A stretch of 61,479 nt of DNA, the filler included, from Catajapyx aquilonaris (lineage: Eukaryota), in the NCBI GenBank assembly GCA_000934665.2. It is 3 parts of 3 records of this genome, joined end to end, with 100 filler letters (N's around TTAATTAATTAA, not from the genome) between each part and the next. Parts side by side here need not be neighbours in the genome. Positions count along the whole stretch, not along the records: positions 1 to 20,383 come from KZ539506.1; positions 20,484 to 40,866 come from JYFJ02006269.1; 1 more part is not named here. One strand, given 5' to 3'. The notes beneath the pieces were generated by a model that was not told where the DNA came from, ran no database searches, and was given only the letters and a program-made list of their open reading frames with translations. Positions 14,701-28,250 of the stretch are shown in pieces (the stretch's first letter is position 1; the number at the start of each line of letters is the position of its first letter). The position numbers and the translations under genes were made by a program.

Positions 14701-15249
14701 TCTTAAAACCTGTTGCACCTCCAGCAATATCACTGCCCATTTGGCCTAATCAGTATGTACAGACCTGAAGTACACACCACGCCTGAGCTGTGTATGAAAT
14801 AATAATGGTCAGCCAGAAAACAGGATGACCCTGAACCCAAGGCGCCTTCATTTGCACCCCTGTTTGCAGAGTGATTACAAACCCCCAGCTTCTGGTTCGG
14901 CAACCCGTTTCATAAGACGTTACATCCATGGTGGTCTCTTATCTTGACCTTTCAAGATAAAACCGCAAGACTGATTGACTTTCAATAACTGACCTGGCTC
15001 ATTCATAACTTCGTATCTATTTTTTTAAATTATTTTTTAAAAAATGCTATTTTAGACTAAAACTGGCTGAGTCATTGTGACAATTCAGAAAACTGGTTTT
15101 GGTCAAGTGACTCAGCGTACAGTGAACTTCGTCGTGAGTCACATGTATGACTGTGCGACTATAGTACGTTGTGCGTAAACAAACACACCACAATAAATGC
15201 GTATTAAAGTTATAGTAAATCCAGAACTAGCTATGAACTATCTATTTGC

Positions 15250-15252
15250 CAT

Positions 15253-15295
<43 letters not shown>

Positions 15296-15980
15296 CTAGC
15301 AAGGAACTTGTCCTTCGTATGGGTATATGAAATGGGTATGAAATTGGCATACAATAGGCAAACAAACTAATCTATAGACCTATATATTATATAAAAGGCG
15401 ACGTTTGTTTGCTTGTTTTTTTTGCCCATTTAGTACCCATTTCTTCCCGGGCAAAGAACGGATTCCTGCTAGGAAACAAACAAACAAACAAACAAACAAA
15501 CAAACAAATCAGGCGAAGTTTATTCGTCCACTGTATACTCAATTCGTACCCATATTCCGTACCAATTTCGTACAGGGAGAAGAGCGGGTTCCCTACTTGT
15601 AAACAAACAAACAAACAAACAAACATTCCTAGATCTGTCAAATAAATAAATAAATAAATAACTAACTAAGGCACAGTTTGTTGGTCCATTTTATACCCAT
15701 TTCGTGCCAATTTCGTATCCATTCCGTACCAATTTCGTATCCATTCCGTACCAATTTCGTATCGGGCGAAGAACGGGTTCCGTGCTTGTAAACAAACAAA
15801 CAAACAAACAAACAAACAATAGTTGTAGATCGGTTAAACAAATAAATAAATAAGACACAGTTTGTTTGTCCATTCCGTACCCATTCCGTACCCATTCCGT
15901 ACCCATTCCGTACCCATTCCGCACAAGGTGAATAACGGGGTTCCAAACAAACAAACAAACAAACAAACAAGCAAACATAG
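15250..15980. repeat. Composite (TTTA)n, (AAAC)n and cccattccgta repeat block
   Basis: Repeated microsatellite-containing modules. Confidence 0.85.
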
Positions 15981-16469
15981 ATAGCTACATGTACGGTACT
16001 TGAAACTTGTTCAAAGGACACCGCATAGACTTGACAATAAGCTATATGAAGAACCCAAAGGCCCGACTATGAAACCGGTTTCACCTAGCAACACTCAACC
16101 ACCTGTGAAACACAATTCTTCCAGTTCCCCGTATCGACTAATAGTCGTTTTGGGGGAAAAGCTGAGTCCAGGCAACAACTAACGGTCTGTGCATAACCGT
16201 TGACCCAAGTTGTGGTAATCCCTCGGGACTTACCCGGAAATCCAGGGTCCGTGTCTTTGATCTGAAACTCCGGATATCGCTCAACTTTCCTTGGAAGATT
16301 ACACCGAATTTTGATCCTGATCAGTCACACACACACACGTGACACTGCTCTCAGGGACCAAAGACTGCTGACTAGATGGCGCCACAATGAAACCGGAGAT
16401 GCTGCCTTCCTTTTACCCCCTTCTGCACACCCTTGACCTCCACTGCCAATTCCACTGATAAGACAGGCC

Positions 16470-17520
16470 CGATGACCGATAAGGAACGTTGTCTTCCGGT
16501 CTTGCTCTATTTAGAGACATGGTGACTGATCTATGAGCTATTATGAGCGTAGGAGTGATTGATTGGTCTGGATTTAGTATCGATATGGGTGATCATCAAT
16601 AGCGGTATCGATACGCGAGATCATTAATCATACTATCGATACGCACGATCATCAGTCATACTATCGATACGCGAGATCATTACTCATACTATCGATACGT
16701 ACCATCATCAGTCATACTATCGATGGCCGATTAGGAACCTGCGGTTGTCTTCCGGTCTTCCTGCTCTATTAATGGACAGCTATTTTCATATATTCGTCTG
16801 TATTACATATCGATATGGATGATCCGTGATCATCAATAGCGTTATCGATACACACGATCAGTAGTAGGCCCACTCCCGGTATCGATGACGGATAACATGT
16901 TGGTGTCTTCCGGTCTTACTGCTCTATGTAGGGATCGCTATTTTCATATGTGCGTCTGGATTAAATATCGAAATGGATGATCGTCAAATAGCGCTATCGA
17001 TATATACGATCAGTGGTACTATCGATGACCAATAATATGCTGCAGTGTTCCCTCCTTCCTAATTTAAAGGTCCGCTATTTTCTTATACCGGTATTCGTCT
17101 GTACTATAGTATCTATATAGATGATCACGATCACCAATAGCACTATCGATACTCACGATCTTGGTAGTACTATCGATGACCGATAAAGAACATGCTGGTA
17201 TCTTCCGGCTTTCCTGCTCTTTTTATAGACCGGAGTTATCTATGGGCTATTTTGAACTTAAGAATGATCTATTGGCCTGGATTTAGTATCGATAGCAATA
17301 CTGATCACAACGATCATCGATAGCACTATCATAACGATCGTAATAGGAGTAACGACACTGACGATGGTAATATGAGTATTGACACTCACCATCCTGATAG
17401 TATGAACTATTTTCCACATAAATGCTCAGTATCGACAGTTTTACTATAGAATCGTCAGTGATCGGTACTGCTATTACGATCGTGTAAAAATATTATTTTT
17501 CCACTTATTCCAAACTTTGT
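16470..17520. repeat. Degenerate TATCGAT-rich repeat
   Basis: Recurring gtcttccggtctt...ctct...ctatttt...atcgat units. Confidence 0.7.
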
Positions 17521-18039
17521 ACTATGCACATGCACAGTACGTGCCTGCATGATTCCAACACAATGCATATTATTACACACATTGTTACATAATATTCATC
17601 CAACACTGAGTGCATTCAGACCCATTGTTGGTGCAATGTGTGGTTAATAATGCAGACACACACACACCCACACACCACAAGTTTTGATAGCGGTTTTTGG
17701 TGCATAGAAAACCCCTCGGCATACTATTGGCATCCAGGGCGATAGACTCTTTTCCTCTCCCGCCTTTTCATTGGACGGAAATCAAGCTGGCAGAGGCTCG
17801 GGCCTAGCCCATTCATTTGAAGCCGGTTTTATCTACGACAGAAGCTCTCCATTAGGCCCTAGGGAGAGAAGAAAGAAAAAAAAAGCTTCCCTAGATTCCC
17901 TACATTCAAGTTTGCATTGTTGAATCTAACCTTTCGAGAAAAACCCGGTTGTAAAAAAAAGTAAAGTTCTGGTTTAGAAGTGCAACCCACTCCGGAACCC
18001 AATATTTCGAATATTACATTTATATCAATGTTATCAATA

Positions 18040-18980
18040 TATTAATGCTCTAAGATTGGTACTATAATTATATGTAATACATTAATATACCGGTAGGTCT
18101 ACTAAAATAACTAATACTAAATAAATAAATGACTAATAACTGAAATAACTAATACTAAATGACTGAAATGTCTAATACTAAATGACTAAATGGCTAACAT
18201 CTAAATGACTGAAATAACTAAATAACTAATAATTGAAATAACTGATATTAAATGACTAATAATTGAAATAACTGATATTAAATGACTACTAATTGAAATA
18301 ACTGATATTAAATGACTACTAATTGAAATAACTGATATTAAATGACTACTAATTGAAATAACTGATATTAAATGACTACTAATTGAAATAACTGATATTA
18401 ATGACTAATAATTGAAATAACTTATATTAAATGACTACTAATAACTGAAATAACTATACTAAATGACTAATAACTGAAATAACTATACCAAATGACTGAA
18501 ATAACTAAATTACTAAATGACTGACTGAAATAACTGAATTACTAAATGACTAACTGAAATAACTAAATTACTAAATGACTAACTGAAATAACTAATACTA
18601 AATGACTGAAATAACTAAATTACTAAATGACTAACTGAAATAACTAATACTAAATGACTGAAATAACTAAATAACTAATAATTGAAATAACTGATATTAA
18701 ATGACTAATAATTGAAATAACTGATGTTAATGACTAATAATTGAAATAATTGATATTAAATGACTAATAACTGAAATAACTAAATTACTAAATGACTAAC
18801 TGAAATAACTAAATTACTAGTAAGTAAAATACCTAAACTGCATAGCTAACAACTAAACTAACATTAAGTTCTAAATGTCTAATGACTAAAATAACTGAAT
18901 AACTAATAGCTCATATTAACATTATCCGATTATTATTAATATATATTAAGCTATTATTTATAATATTAGCTTAAATTATT
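18040..18980. repeat. AATGACTAA/AAATAACT satellite with a 30-bp array
   Basis: aattgaaataactgatattaaatgactact in tandem. Confidence 0.9.
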
Positions 18981-20383
18981 AGCGGAAATATTAGTGACCT
19001 TGGCCTCATTTTTTGCGAACAATATTTTTGGGGACATTTTTTGGAACATTGGGTGGACCTGGTTCACACATTTGTGAAACGTACCGTAACAACAAGAGGG
19101 GGGGGGGGGGGGGNNNNNNNNNNNNNNNNNNNNNNNNNNNNNTTTTTTTTTTGTGGGTGTGCCAAAGGGTGGGGAACACTAATTGTTTGTGGAAGTTGGC
19201 AGACAACAATTTGATTGTTGTTCATTAGTGCGATTCGGATGCTCCGCCCATTTTGCGCGACTAGGCTGGGTCAGCAGCCAATAGGAAGGAAGCTAGATTT
19301 TACATGTCTCAATATGAGTGTTACACTTAAATGCATAAAGATGAAGATATTAATTTGAAAGTATTTGTTTATTTGTCATTAATTCAATGATGGTTTCGTT
19401 CGGCAGTTAAATTAATTTTACTTTTAATATATCAGTTAATTAAATTAGAATTACATTTCAAGGCAAAATTAATTTGCTAATTTTATATGCTATTTCGATC
19501 ATTTTAATCTTATTCGTATCATTATTTAATGTCATGTTCCTCAAATAGGCTCCAATATTAATGCCACGCCACTGTATTTATAGTTATAATATTCATAATG
19601 TGAGACTATTAAAATATAATATTAATGTCAATCTATTTAATTATAATATTCATAATATTGATTTCTGTTTATTTATTTTGTTTACCACATGATAGAGCAG
19701 TGCTCTCTTGGGGGAATAATATTCATAATAGGAGACTATTAATATAATATTAATGTCAGGCTATTTAATTATAATATTCAAAATACCAGTAGGGATGTGC
19801 GATATTTCGATGCATCGGCTGTCGATACGATATTTTCATGATAGGGAAGTTGCGATATCCGACGCTTGTACGATGTATCGAATATCGCGATTCTTCGATG
19901 TCGGTTTTCGATTTTTTTCGATGTCGGCTCGATGTCGGTTAGCCATATTTTTCGATGTCGGTTCGATGTCAGTTTTTCGATTTTAGATATATCGAATCGA
20001 AGTCTATATTTTTAAGTATTTTATTTTATTTTATTTCACACCCCGTGCTAGAGCCTTTGGCTCCCTTAGGGGGGTGGATTACCACCATTGGATGGGACCA
20101 GGGATAGGGAAGGTAGGCTGCGGCTGTGGCCTATTTCTATTAACGCTTAATTCAATTTCATAAAAAATGATCAATGTCACATTCCATCTTCACCAATGAA
20201 TGATCATCTTTCAGACATTTTTTTTAAATGGCAAAACTCCGCCCCCTTTTTTTGCACACGGGCCATGCAGGCAAGCCAATCCCCGAAACTAATATTTCAG
20301 AACATTAATGTCCACCGCTATCGCCACCCCAAAAAACGGCGCAACTTGCAACAATGGGCCTCTTATTCCAAACTTTTCCACCC

Positions 20384-20483
20384 NNNNNNNNNNNNNNNNN
20401 NNNNNNNNNNNNNNNNNNNNNNNNNNNTTAATTAATTAANNNNNNNNNNNNNNNNNNNNNNNNNNNNNNNNNNNNNNNNNNNN
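20384..20483. other. Artificial scaffold spacer (N44-TTAATTAATTAA-N44)
   Basis: Exactly 100 nt with a six-frame-stop 12-mer centred in Ns; identical to 40867-40966. Confidence 0.97.
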
Positions 20484-20839
20484 GAGCGCGTCCAACACCC
20501 GCATGTGACGTCACGGCGGGAGAGCGGTGATGCGCATTCGGACGCGCCAGTTGAGCCCAGGTAGGGTTAAGGAATACGCGAAATAGCTCAGTGCATTGAC
20601 GCCTGATATGGAGGTCGCCATATTGGAGCTCCTGCATCACGTGACACTAATACTGGCCTCTGATTGGCTGATCGGGGAGCTCAAACCAGTGACGTCACCC
20701 GTGCAACTTCAGAACGCACCCTCCCATATTTTTTTTTTGTCGAACGCGCCCAGTGCAGGTGGTGACCGGCATGACGTTGACGTGACGTGAAAAGAAAAAT
20801 AAGGAAAAGGGACCCCCCCTCTCCACGTCAGTGACGTTG

Positions 20840-22322
20840 ATGGATAAAGAAGGAGAAGCGGCGGACGTGGCTTCAAAGAAAATGTCTGGGGATGCTTCAA
20901 GGAAGGTAGCCCTGATCACAGGCATCACTGGACAGGTAAACAGGACACTGAGGGGCAAAAGTGGACCGGGTCTAGAACAGGTCCACTTGGCACTGGTGGG
21001 GAGGTGGACCGGGTTCGCACAACACTGGAAGAAAAGTGGACCGGGTTCACTTTGCCGTTCACACGCAAGTGGGGACCCGGTCCACTGCCGTTCACACACA
21101 AGTGGACCCGGTCTGGATCCGGTCCACTTCCACTCTGCTTTCCAGGATGGGTCGTACTTGGCCGAGCTGCTCCTGGAGAAGGGCTATGAGGTGCATGGGA
21201 TCATCCGTCGGTCTAGTAGCTTCAACACGGGCCGCATCCAGCATTTGTATGAGGACCCGAGGTCCCACAGCGAGGGGAAGATGAAGCTGCATTACGGGGA
21301 TATGACGGACAGTGGCTGCCTGGTGCAGATCGTCTGCAGGGTGAGGCCCACCGAGGTGTACAACCTGGCCGCACAGTCGCACGTTAAGGTGAGCTTCGAG
21401 CTGAGCGAGTACACGGCTGAGGTTGACGCTATTGGGACGCTGCGGCTGCTGGATGCTATTCGGACTAGCGGGATGGAGAAGGAGGTCAGGTTCTACCAGG
21501 CGTCGACGTCCGAGCTGTACGGGAAGGTGCAGGAGGTTCCGCAGAAGGAAACGACACCGTTCTATCCTAGATCGCCATACGGTAAGCACTTGCCGCACTC
21601 ATTCGCACTGACTGACCATCCACCTGTTTCAGGTTGCTCGAAGCTGTTTGCCTACTGGATCGTCACTAACTACAGGGAAGCCTATGGGATGTTCGCCTGT
21701 AACGGCATACTGTTCAATCACGAAAGTCCACGTCGTGGCGAGAACTTCGTGACCCGAAAGGTGACCCGCTCCGTAGCCAAAATTGCGCTGGGACAGATAG
21801 AGTCTTTCGAGCTTGGAAACCTGGACGCCAAGAGGGACTGGGGGCATGCCAAAGATTACGTCGAGGTCGGTTTGACGCATGTTTTTGTCCAGGCCGTTGC
21901 TAAGTGTAAGTGTTTGCAGGCAATGTGGATGATGTTGCAGCAGGAGACGGCGGAGGAGTACGTGATAGCCACCGGTGAGGTCCACAGCGTTAGGGAGTTT
22001 GTCGAAGCGGCTTTCAGGCACATCGGTCGGGATATCGTATGGGAAGGGTCCGGCCCAAACGAAATCGGGAAAGAAAAGGGCACTGGAGCTATCAGGGTCA
22101 AGGTCAATCCAAAGTACTACAGACCAACCGAAGTGGTACGAACCGTATTCTTAAAAGTCTTACATGCGAGTAACGAGTTCTTAATTACAGGAATTTCTGT
22201 TGGGCGACCCAACCAAAGCCAAGACCAAGTTCGGCTGGAAACCGAAAGTGGACTTTGAAGGTCTGGTCAAAGATATGATGGACTCGGATCTTAAGCTAAT
22301 GAAGAAGGATCCACGTGCTTAA
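20840..22322 (+). CDS. Gmd: GDP-mannose 4,6-dehydratase, ~370 aa, 5 exons: 20840-20935, 21146-21581, 21633-21865, 21920-22135, 22191-22322
   Basis: Spliced product has [16 protein letters not shown] (Rossmann motif), [28 protein letters not shown] (YxxxK), [21 protein letters not shown] and YYRPTEVEFLLGDP. All introns are GT-AG and frame-consistent. Start could alternatively be the ATG at 20882. Confidence 0.97.
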
Positions 22323-23639
22323 AATCGACATTCCAATGTGTGTGTGTGTGTGTGAGCTTGGGTGACGGGTGCTAAAGAGTGTGTAATTTTTGCGCCACGT
22401 GTGAGATGCATTTAGATTAGCTCTTGCACATGTTTGATACGGGAGCAAATTTGTCACGTTTTGATTCCTACATTGAAAGTACAGTATTTTAAAGCGAGAA
22501 ATTTTATTACGTGGCACACCCACCGGGGACTTCCAATGATATTTAATATTTATCGTACCAATAAAAAAAAGAGGTTTCGCTTGACTGCCACTTTTATTTA
22601 GCCCTTCAGAACGAGCAACATCAACAAAAGGAACAATTGAACTCCGAGTCGATCATGTGGGAACTGCGGTCTAAACTGCTCGTACAAGCAATGGCCATGT
22701 ACGGAATTACAAGTGACGTCAAGTCTGTTTCAAAGTACATTACACCAGCGTTAAGCAGGAAGGCATGTCCCGAGCTTAAATCCAGCGGTCGCCTCGGCAT
22801 ACCAAAGGAAGAAGCAAAATTTAAAAACAAGTAATTAAACATGACCTACTTGTGGAGATTGGCACAGTTTGCGTAATAACCTTGAAATAATGTGAACATT
22901 ACTTTTTGTCCCCTTCCGCCCACTTCCTTTCCAAGTGAACAGTCATTGCGGATACATTTACGAGGTAAAAGTTCTGCAGGTGTTGAAACCTTCATGTCGG
23001 AAGTGTGTGCCAAACTAATATCCTAACGTAACATGCGTCCATCGACATAAAACACTCGGTTCAGACGTTTGCTCATAATAGATTTTCATACTAAAATGGT
23101 TGGACACATGTTGCGAAAGTATGAATTAAAAATAAACCTGCCCAATCCAAGGTTGTAAAAAGCGCTAACTAACAAAAAAGAGAGATTGCAAATCTGGCAA
23201 GTTCTGCATTTTATGATCCCAAGCATGGCTTTGCAAAAATATAAATTGGCGTTGACCCTCCAGCATTGTCCTTCAACACTGGTCAACTCCTCGGAATAAG
23301 GGGGCCATAAAAACCGGAAGGCCTCTAAAATACAACAAGCCATTTTCCATCCTGACGCAACCACCCACCTTTAAAAGAAATGATTCAACCAGGGGGCTAG
23401 TTTCGCAATTAAAAATTTAGCAATATTTTGACCTAAATCTACAATTTGGTCATGTTTCGTTTATATTGTTGCATACAAATTAAATTTGTGCACACTATTT
23501 CTGCATTTTTAGCATTTATTCTATAAAACACTTCAATTTTTCTACAATAATTTTTGAACCACAAATATACACAATTTTTGCAAACTTTATTTAGACAAAT
23601 TGTTGCACAATTTTTTACCCATTTGTCTGCAATCTGCGA

Positions 23640-24045
23640 ACAATTTATTTACACAAATTTGCATAACCTATTTATACCAATTTTGGCACAATTTATTTAC
23701 ACAAATTTGCGTAACCTATTTATACCAATTTTGGCACAATTTATTTACACGAATTTGCATAACCTATTTATACCAATTTTGGCACAATTTATTTACACAA
23801 ATATGCATAACCTATTTATACCAATTCTGGCACAATTTATTTACACAAATTTGCGTAACCTATTTATACCAATTTTGGCACAATTTATTTACACAAATTT
23901 GCGTAACCTATTTATACCAATTTTGGCACAATTTATTTACACAAATATGCATAACCTATTTATACCAATTCTGGCACAATTTATTTACACGAATTTGCGT
24001 AACCTATTTATACCAATTTTGGCACAATTTATTTACACAAATTTT
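23640..24045. repeat. 48-bp minisatellite x~8
   Basis: caatttatttacacaaatttgcataacctatttataccaattttggca in tandem. Confidence 0.95.
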
Positions 24046-24155
24046 GCACACTTGTTCCTGACAAATGACTGCACAATTATTCAACCGTTTTTTGAGCAAT
24101 AATTTATGCAGACAAATTTCGCATGCCTTATTATTTCTAATAATATATGATAATA

Positions 24156-24211
<56 letters not shown>

Positions 24212-24239
24212 TATTAATATATAATATTTTAAACACAGT

Positions 24240-24437
24240 CAGGGAGCATAATTATACTACCATGGCCGCCAAAACCATATCAAAAATGGCGGACCCTATT
24301 TTTGCCTGTACCCTATTTATACCTCGTTGGCGTTCCCCACACTTCAAGATGGCCGCCAGCCTTGGCAACGGCCCCAAACAGAGAGACGCGAACATCAAAG
24401 GCCCCGACAGAAGTTTGCGCCTCTTATATGCTCCCTG
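24240..24437. mobile_element. MITE family 1 (TIR CAGGGAGCATA, 7-bp TSD ACACAGT)
   Basis: CAGGGAGCATA...TATGCTCCCTG flanked by ACACAGT on both sides; internal sequence matches copies at 53481 and 55799-56378. Confidence 0.85.
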
Positions 24438-25902
24438 ACACAGTTGTTGCTTCCTTTCGACGTGATTGCTGGAGTGAACAATCACTATATTCCTCCTGTA
24501 TGCACCTGTTGGGTCACTCCTTCAGCTTGTATTTTTTCCATCAGATTAATTTCTTCTCCGGTGTGGATCCAATCCCTCTATCTATAGAGGAACAATGATG
24601 TGAGGTCAACCAAGGTCGATTGTTGGGATTAGGTCATGATGAGGATGCAGGTAGAGGACATCACCATTCCCACACTGGGTCTCGCTTCGTTGCACCTGGC
24701 GGAAGTTGCTTTGGGCGGTTTTTATTAGTAGCTAGGGAGAAGGGGAACGAGAGAAAAAAAAAGAGAGGCAGCAGGTAGTTGGTTGGTTGAGGGTTGAGGT
24801 GGGGTGTTGGAGTTGGAGAGAGTTGGAAGGACGCTGCTGGTGGTGCAGCAGTTGGTCCATCAACAACAACAAGGAGCAACAAGAGAAAGAGAGTGAGGGG
24901 ACGAAATACATATAAGTGCTGCCCCCCATCACCAGCAAAGTGTGTGCATGTCGCCATGTGTTGTTGTTGGATAAGGACGAGTGGTATCCAAGGAGACGGA
25001 TAAAAACACCAAAAGATCTCCTGGATTGGGGAGGAGCCTCTCCTCCACTATATACCTTTGGACAAGCAGTGGTTCACCTGCTGTGAGAAGAGGAGGAGGA
25101 GGAACAACAAGAAGCGAAAGAGCCAAGGTCAGTCATATGATGGTCACTCTCGTCTGATGTTAAAGTGCCTGAAAATTGAACCTCATTCAGATCATCCCAC
25201 TGATAATATGAAGAGAAAAAACAAACTCCTTTTTGCAACTCGGCGTGAAAAAAGCACGCAACCGTTTCGCAATGCAATTATTTAGAGCTGCATGTCTTAT
25301 TTCCCTCTCTCTCCATGAAATGTACAGTGCTTGTACAGAGACTGGCTGTACCAAACAAACTGCAACGATATGAGTCACGAAAACGTCCGGAAATGAAAAC
25401 TTATTTGGCTGGGCCACTGACCTCTTATCCGCCTTGTTTTCATTGTTAATAAAAGAGGATTAATAACGAAAATCGCGTGGTCCTAATCCTCAAAAGCATG
25501 CTCATTATCCATTGTTGTTACATGGCCAACAACAGCCCTCAATAATCGGCCACAGCAAACAATAATTGGTGCGTTTTCATTGTTGGAAAATGTTTAATGA
25601 AATCTGATCGGAAATCGCGGTCCTCGAAAAATGTTACAGGTTCATTTCATTGTTAATTAATTGGCATTGTTGCCCACGGCCAATTGTTGCTTATACTGAC
25701 GAGGTTAGTTTTTTTTTTTTTTTTTTTAAACCAGGTTGTTAAAAGTTGGGAGCATTGCCACGTAAACTCTATTGGTACAAAAAAAAAAAGAGTGTGTAAT
25801 ACCAAGGTAATACTTATTAGATTAGCTACCTTGATAAGCACTCGAGTTGTGTAATTACAGCACAAACTCTAAGTGCGATAAGTATAATCTGCGGTGTTAA
25901 AT

Positions 25903-26630
25903 CGGTAGTTAGCAAACGTGCACCTGCACATTGCAATAAATTGCACAGTACAATAATTACAATACAAATCATGTACATTACAATAGTTACAATAATTGCA
26001 CATTACAATTAATTACGACAGTTGCAGATTACAACAATAACAATAGTTGCAGATTACAACAATTACAATAGTTGCACATTACAATTAATTACAATATTCG
26101 CTTATTACAATAATAATGTACAATTGCACACTTCATTAATTTCAAGAATTGCACATTACAATAATTATAATAATTGCACATTACAGTAATTACAATAATT
26201 GCACGCTTCAATAATTACTATACATGTATAGCCTACATTACAATACATGTGCATTACAATAATTACAATAACAATTACACATTACAATAATTACAATAGT
26301 TGTACTTTACAATAATTACAATAATTGTACTTTACAATAATTGTACTTTACAATAATTACAAGAATTGTACTTTACAATAATTACAAGAATTGTACTTTA
26401 CAATAATTACAAGAATTGTACTTTACAATAATTACAAGAATTGTACTTTACAATAATTACAAGAATTGTACTTTACAATAATTACAATAATTGTACTTTA
26501 CAATAATTACAATAATTGTACTTTACAATAATTACAATAATTGTACTTTACAATTACACATTACAATAACTACAATAATCGCATTGCAATAATTGCAATT
26601 GCAATAATTGTAACGATTTGCTAACTACTG
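25903..26630. mobile_element. hAT-like MITE swollen by an internal TTACAAT/ATTG minisatellite
   Basis: Ends C(G/A)GTAGTTAGCAAA ... TTTGCTAACTACTG enclose a 24-bp ttacaataattacaagaattgtac-type array. No TSD seen. Confidence 0.55.
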
Positions 26631-26714
26631 AGTGCACATTAGGCTGCACTCGATTTTTTTTTCTGGCCTATAATTACCGAATCTAAAAATTAGTTTCACG
26701 CTGATTTTGGTTGC

Positions 26715-26716
<2 letters not shown>

Positions 26717-26784
<68 letters not shown>
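26717..26784. repeat. (AAT)n microsatellite (another at ~24145-24210)
   Basis: Directly visible. Confidence 0.95.
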
Positions 26785-28250
26785 CTCCATCTAACAATTA
26801 ATTAGTTTCGGATGTAACCTTTAATTTGCGTGGGTGAATCGCTTGTCACGCATGTTGCCATTATTTTATTGGCAAACTAGTAGCTGTCATCCCAAGGTGA
26901 CACACATCCACCCACACAGTACATACGATATGAAAGTGGTACATTACTTATCCTTACTTATATTTTAAGTACACCCTACTCGGAATGTACGTGACCTAGC
27001 AATTGTTTTGCGGAGAAAAAAAAGGGCAAGCCGTTCAAAAAGCGTGTCCGACCCGAAAATTGCTCATGGTTGTAAACCCCCCCGGATATGAACAATTGCG
27101 ATAATTAGTTCTGCACTTTTTCTCTCTCTCTCTCTCTCTCTCATTGAACATGTGGCCTAGAAGAAAAAAAAAATGATCGCCGATTTTTTATTTGCCGGAT
27201 CAACCTTGCGAAAATTGCGACACAATATCTGCAAATTTTTTTTTGTGGTCAGCTCAAATGCAAAAAAAAAACAAAACCTGACCATTTTATTTTTTTCCAA
27301 GTGAAAAAGTTTGCAACTTCCTGACCGGTAATGGCAAAAGTTTCCGGAGGGGGAAGGAAAAAGTTTTAACCAGTATCCTGTTTTTGTGGAAGGGATATAA
27401 TATACCACTTAATGAGCCACCCTTCCGGGGGCACAACTTGTTGACAACATTTTTTGGTGACAATTTCTGGTGACTAGGTCACACGCACACGGCATTGCAC
27501 AATTTTCTATTTAAAGAAGGTCATGCAACTGGACATTTCATTTTTCATGCGGCGGTGAAAGGAAAAAAAAAACTGTCTCATATTCGCCGACTGTGTTTGT
27601 TGCGGTTGACATCACCAAGGAAACTATTGTTAGCAGAGACTTTAGGCGACAAGAAGTGTGTTGCAGCAGGTAAGCGCACCAACTTTTAGTGATTAGTGAT
27701 AACGATCCATCAGCATATCATCCGGTGGCTTTCACTTCTGGCAACAACAATTGCGCCGGCTTGAGAGAGAAAAGTGGTGCACTTTCTTCCCCCAAGTTTC
27801 TCTGCAGACAGCTTTTGTTAATGAGCGTTTTCCTTTTTCTTGCTCCGTACATTAAGGTGCGACCGCAATATTATCTGAAGTGGAAAAGCCCATCTTCGGT
27901 CCTGGAGATTAAAAATGGGTGATTACACTGCTACGAGATAACACGGTACATGTTGTAATCACTAGCTTGCAATATGTTTCCTGTCGAGTAAACATTACTA
28001 ATATTTTGTGCACCCGATGTAATGTACAAATATGAAAAAATGCAGCGTTATGCTGAACAATGCTGACAGATGCTGTCAGTTTTTTTTTTTATCTAAGCCA
28101 ACCAGACATGCAACGAGCGTGTTATATTGGGAGAGACTTGATAACGGTTGATGTGACGTCTGGCTAATGCAGCCTATTGTGTTGCTATACGACTGTGCTC
28201 TACTTTAGTGTGTTTATTGCAGGTCGTGACGATTGTGCAGACACTCAGCT

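Noticed and set aside
20831..22258. 475-aa single-exon Gmd ORF
   Set aside because: Reads through three introns and leaves the true frame at intron 4; the spliced model restores the conserved motifs.
23554..24102. 182-aa and 153-aa repetitive ORFs
   Set aside because: Translation of a 48-bp AT-rich minisatellite.
22621..25417. Possible gene between Gmd and villin
   Set aside because: Short or low-complexity ORFs with no recognisable motif, and no consistent splice model could be built.
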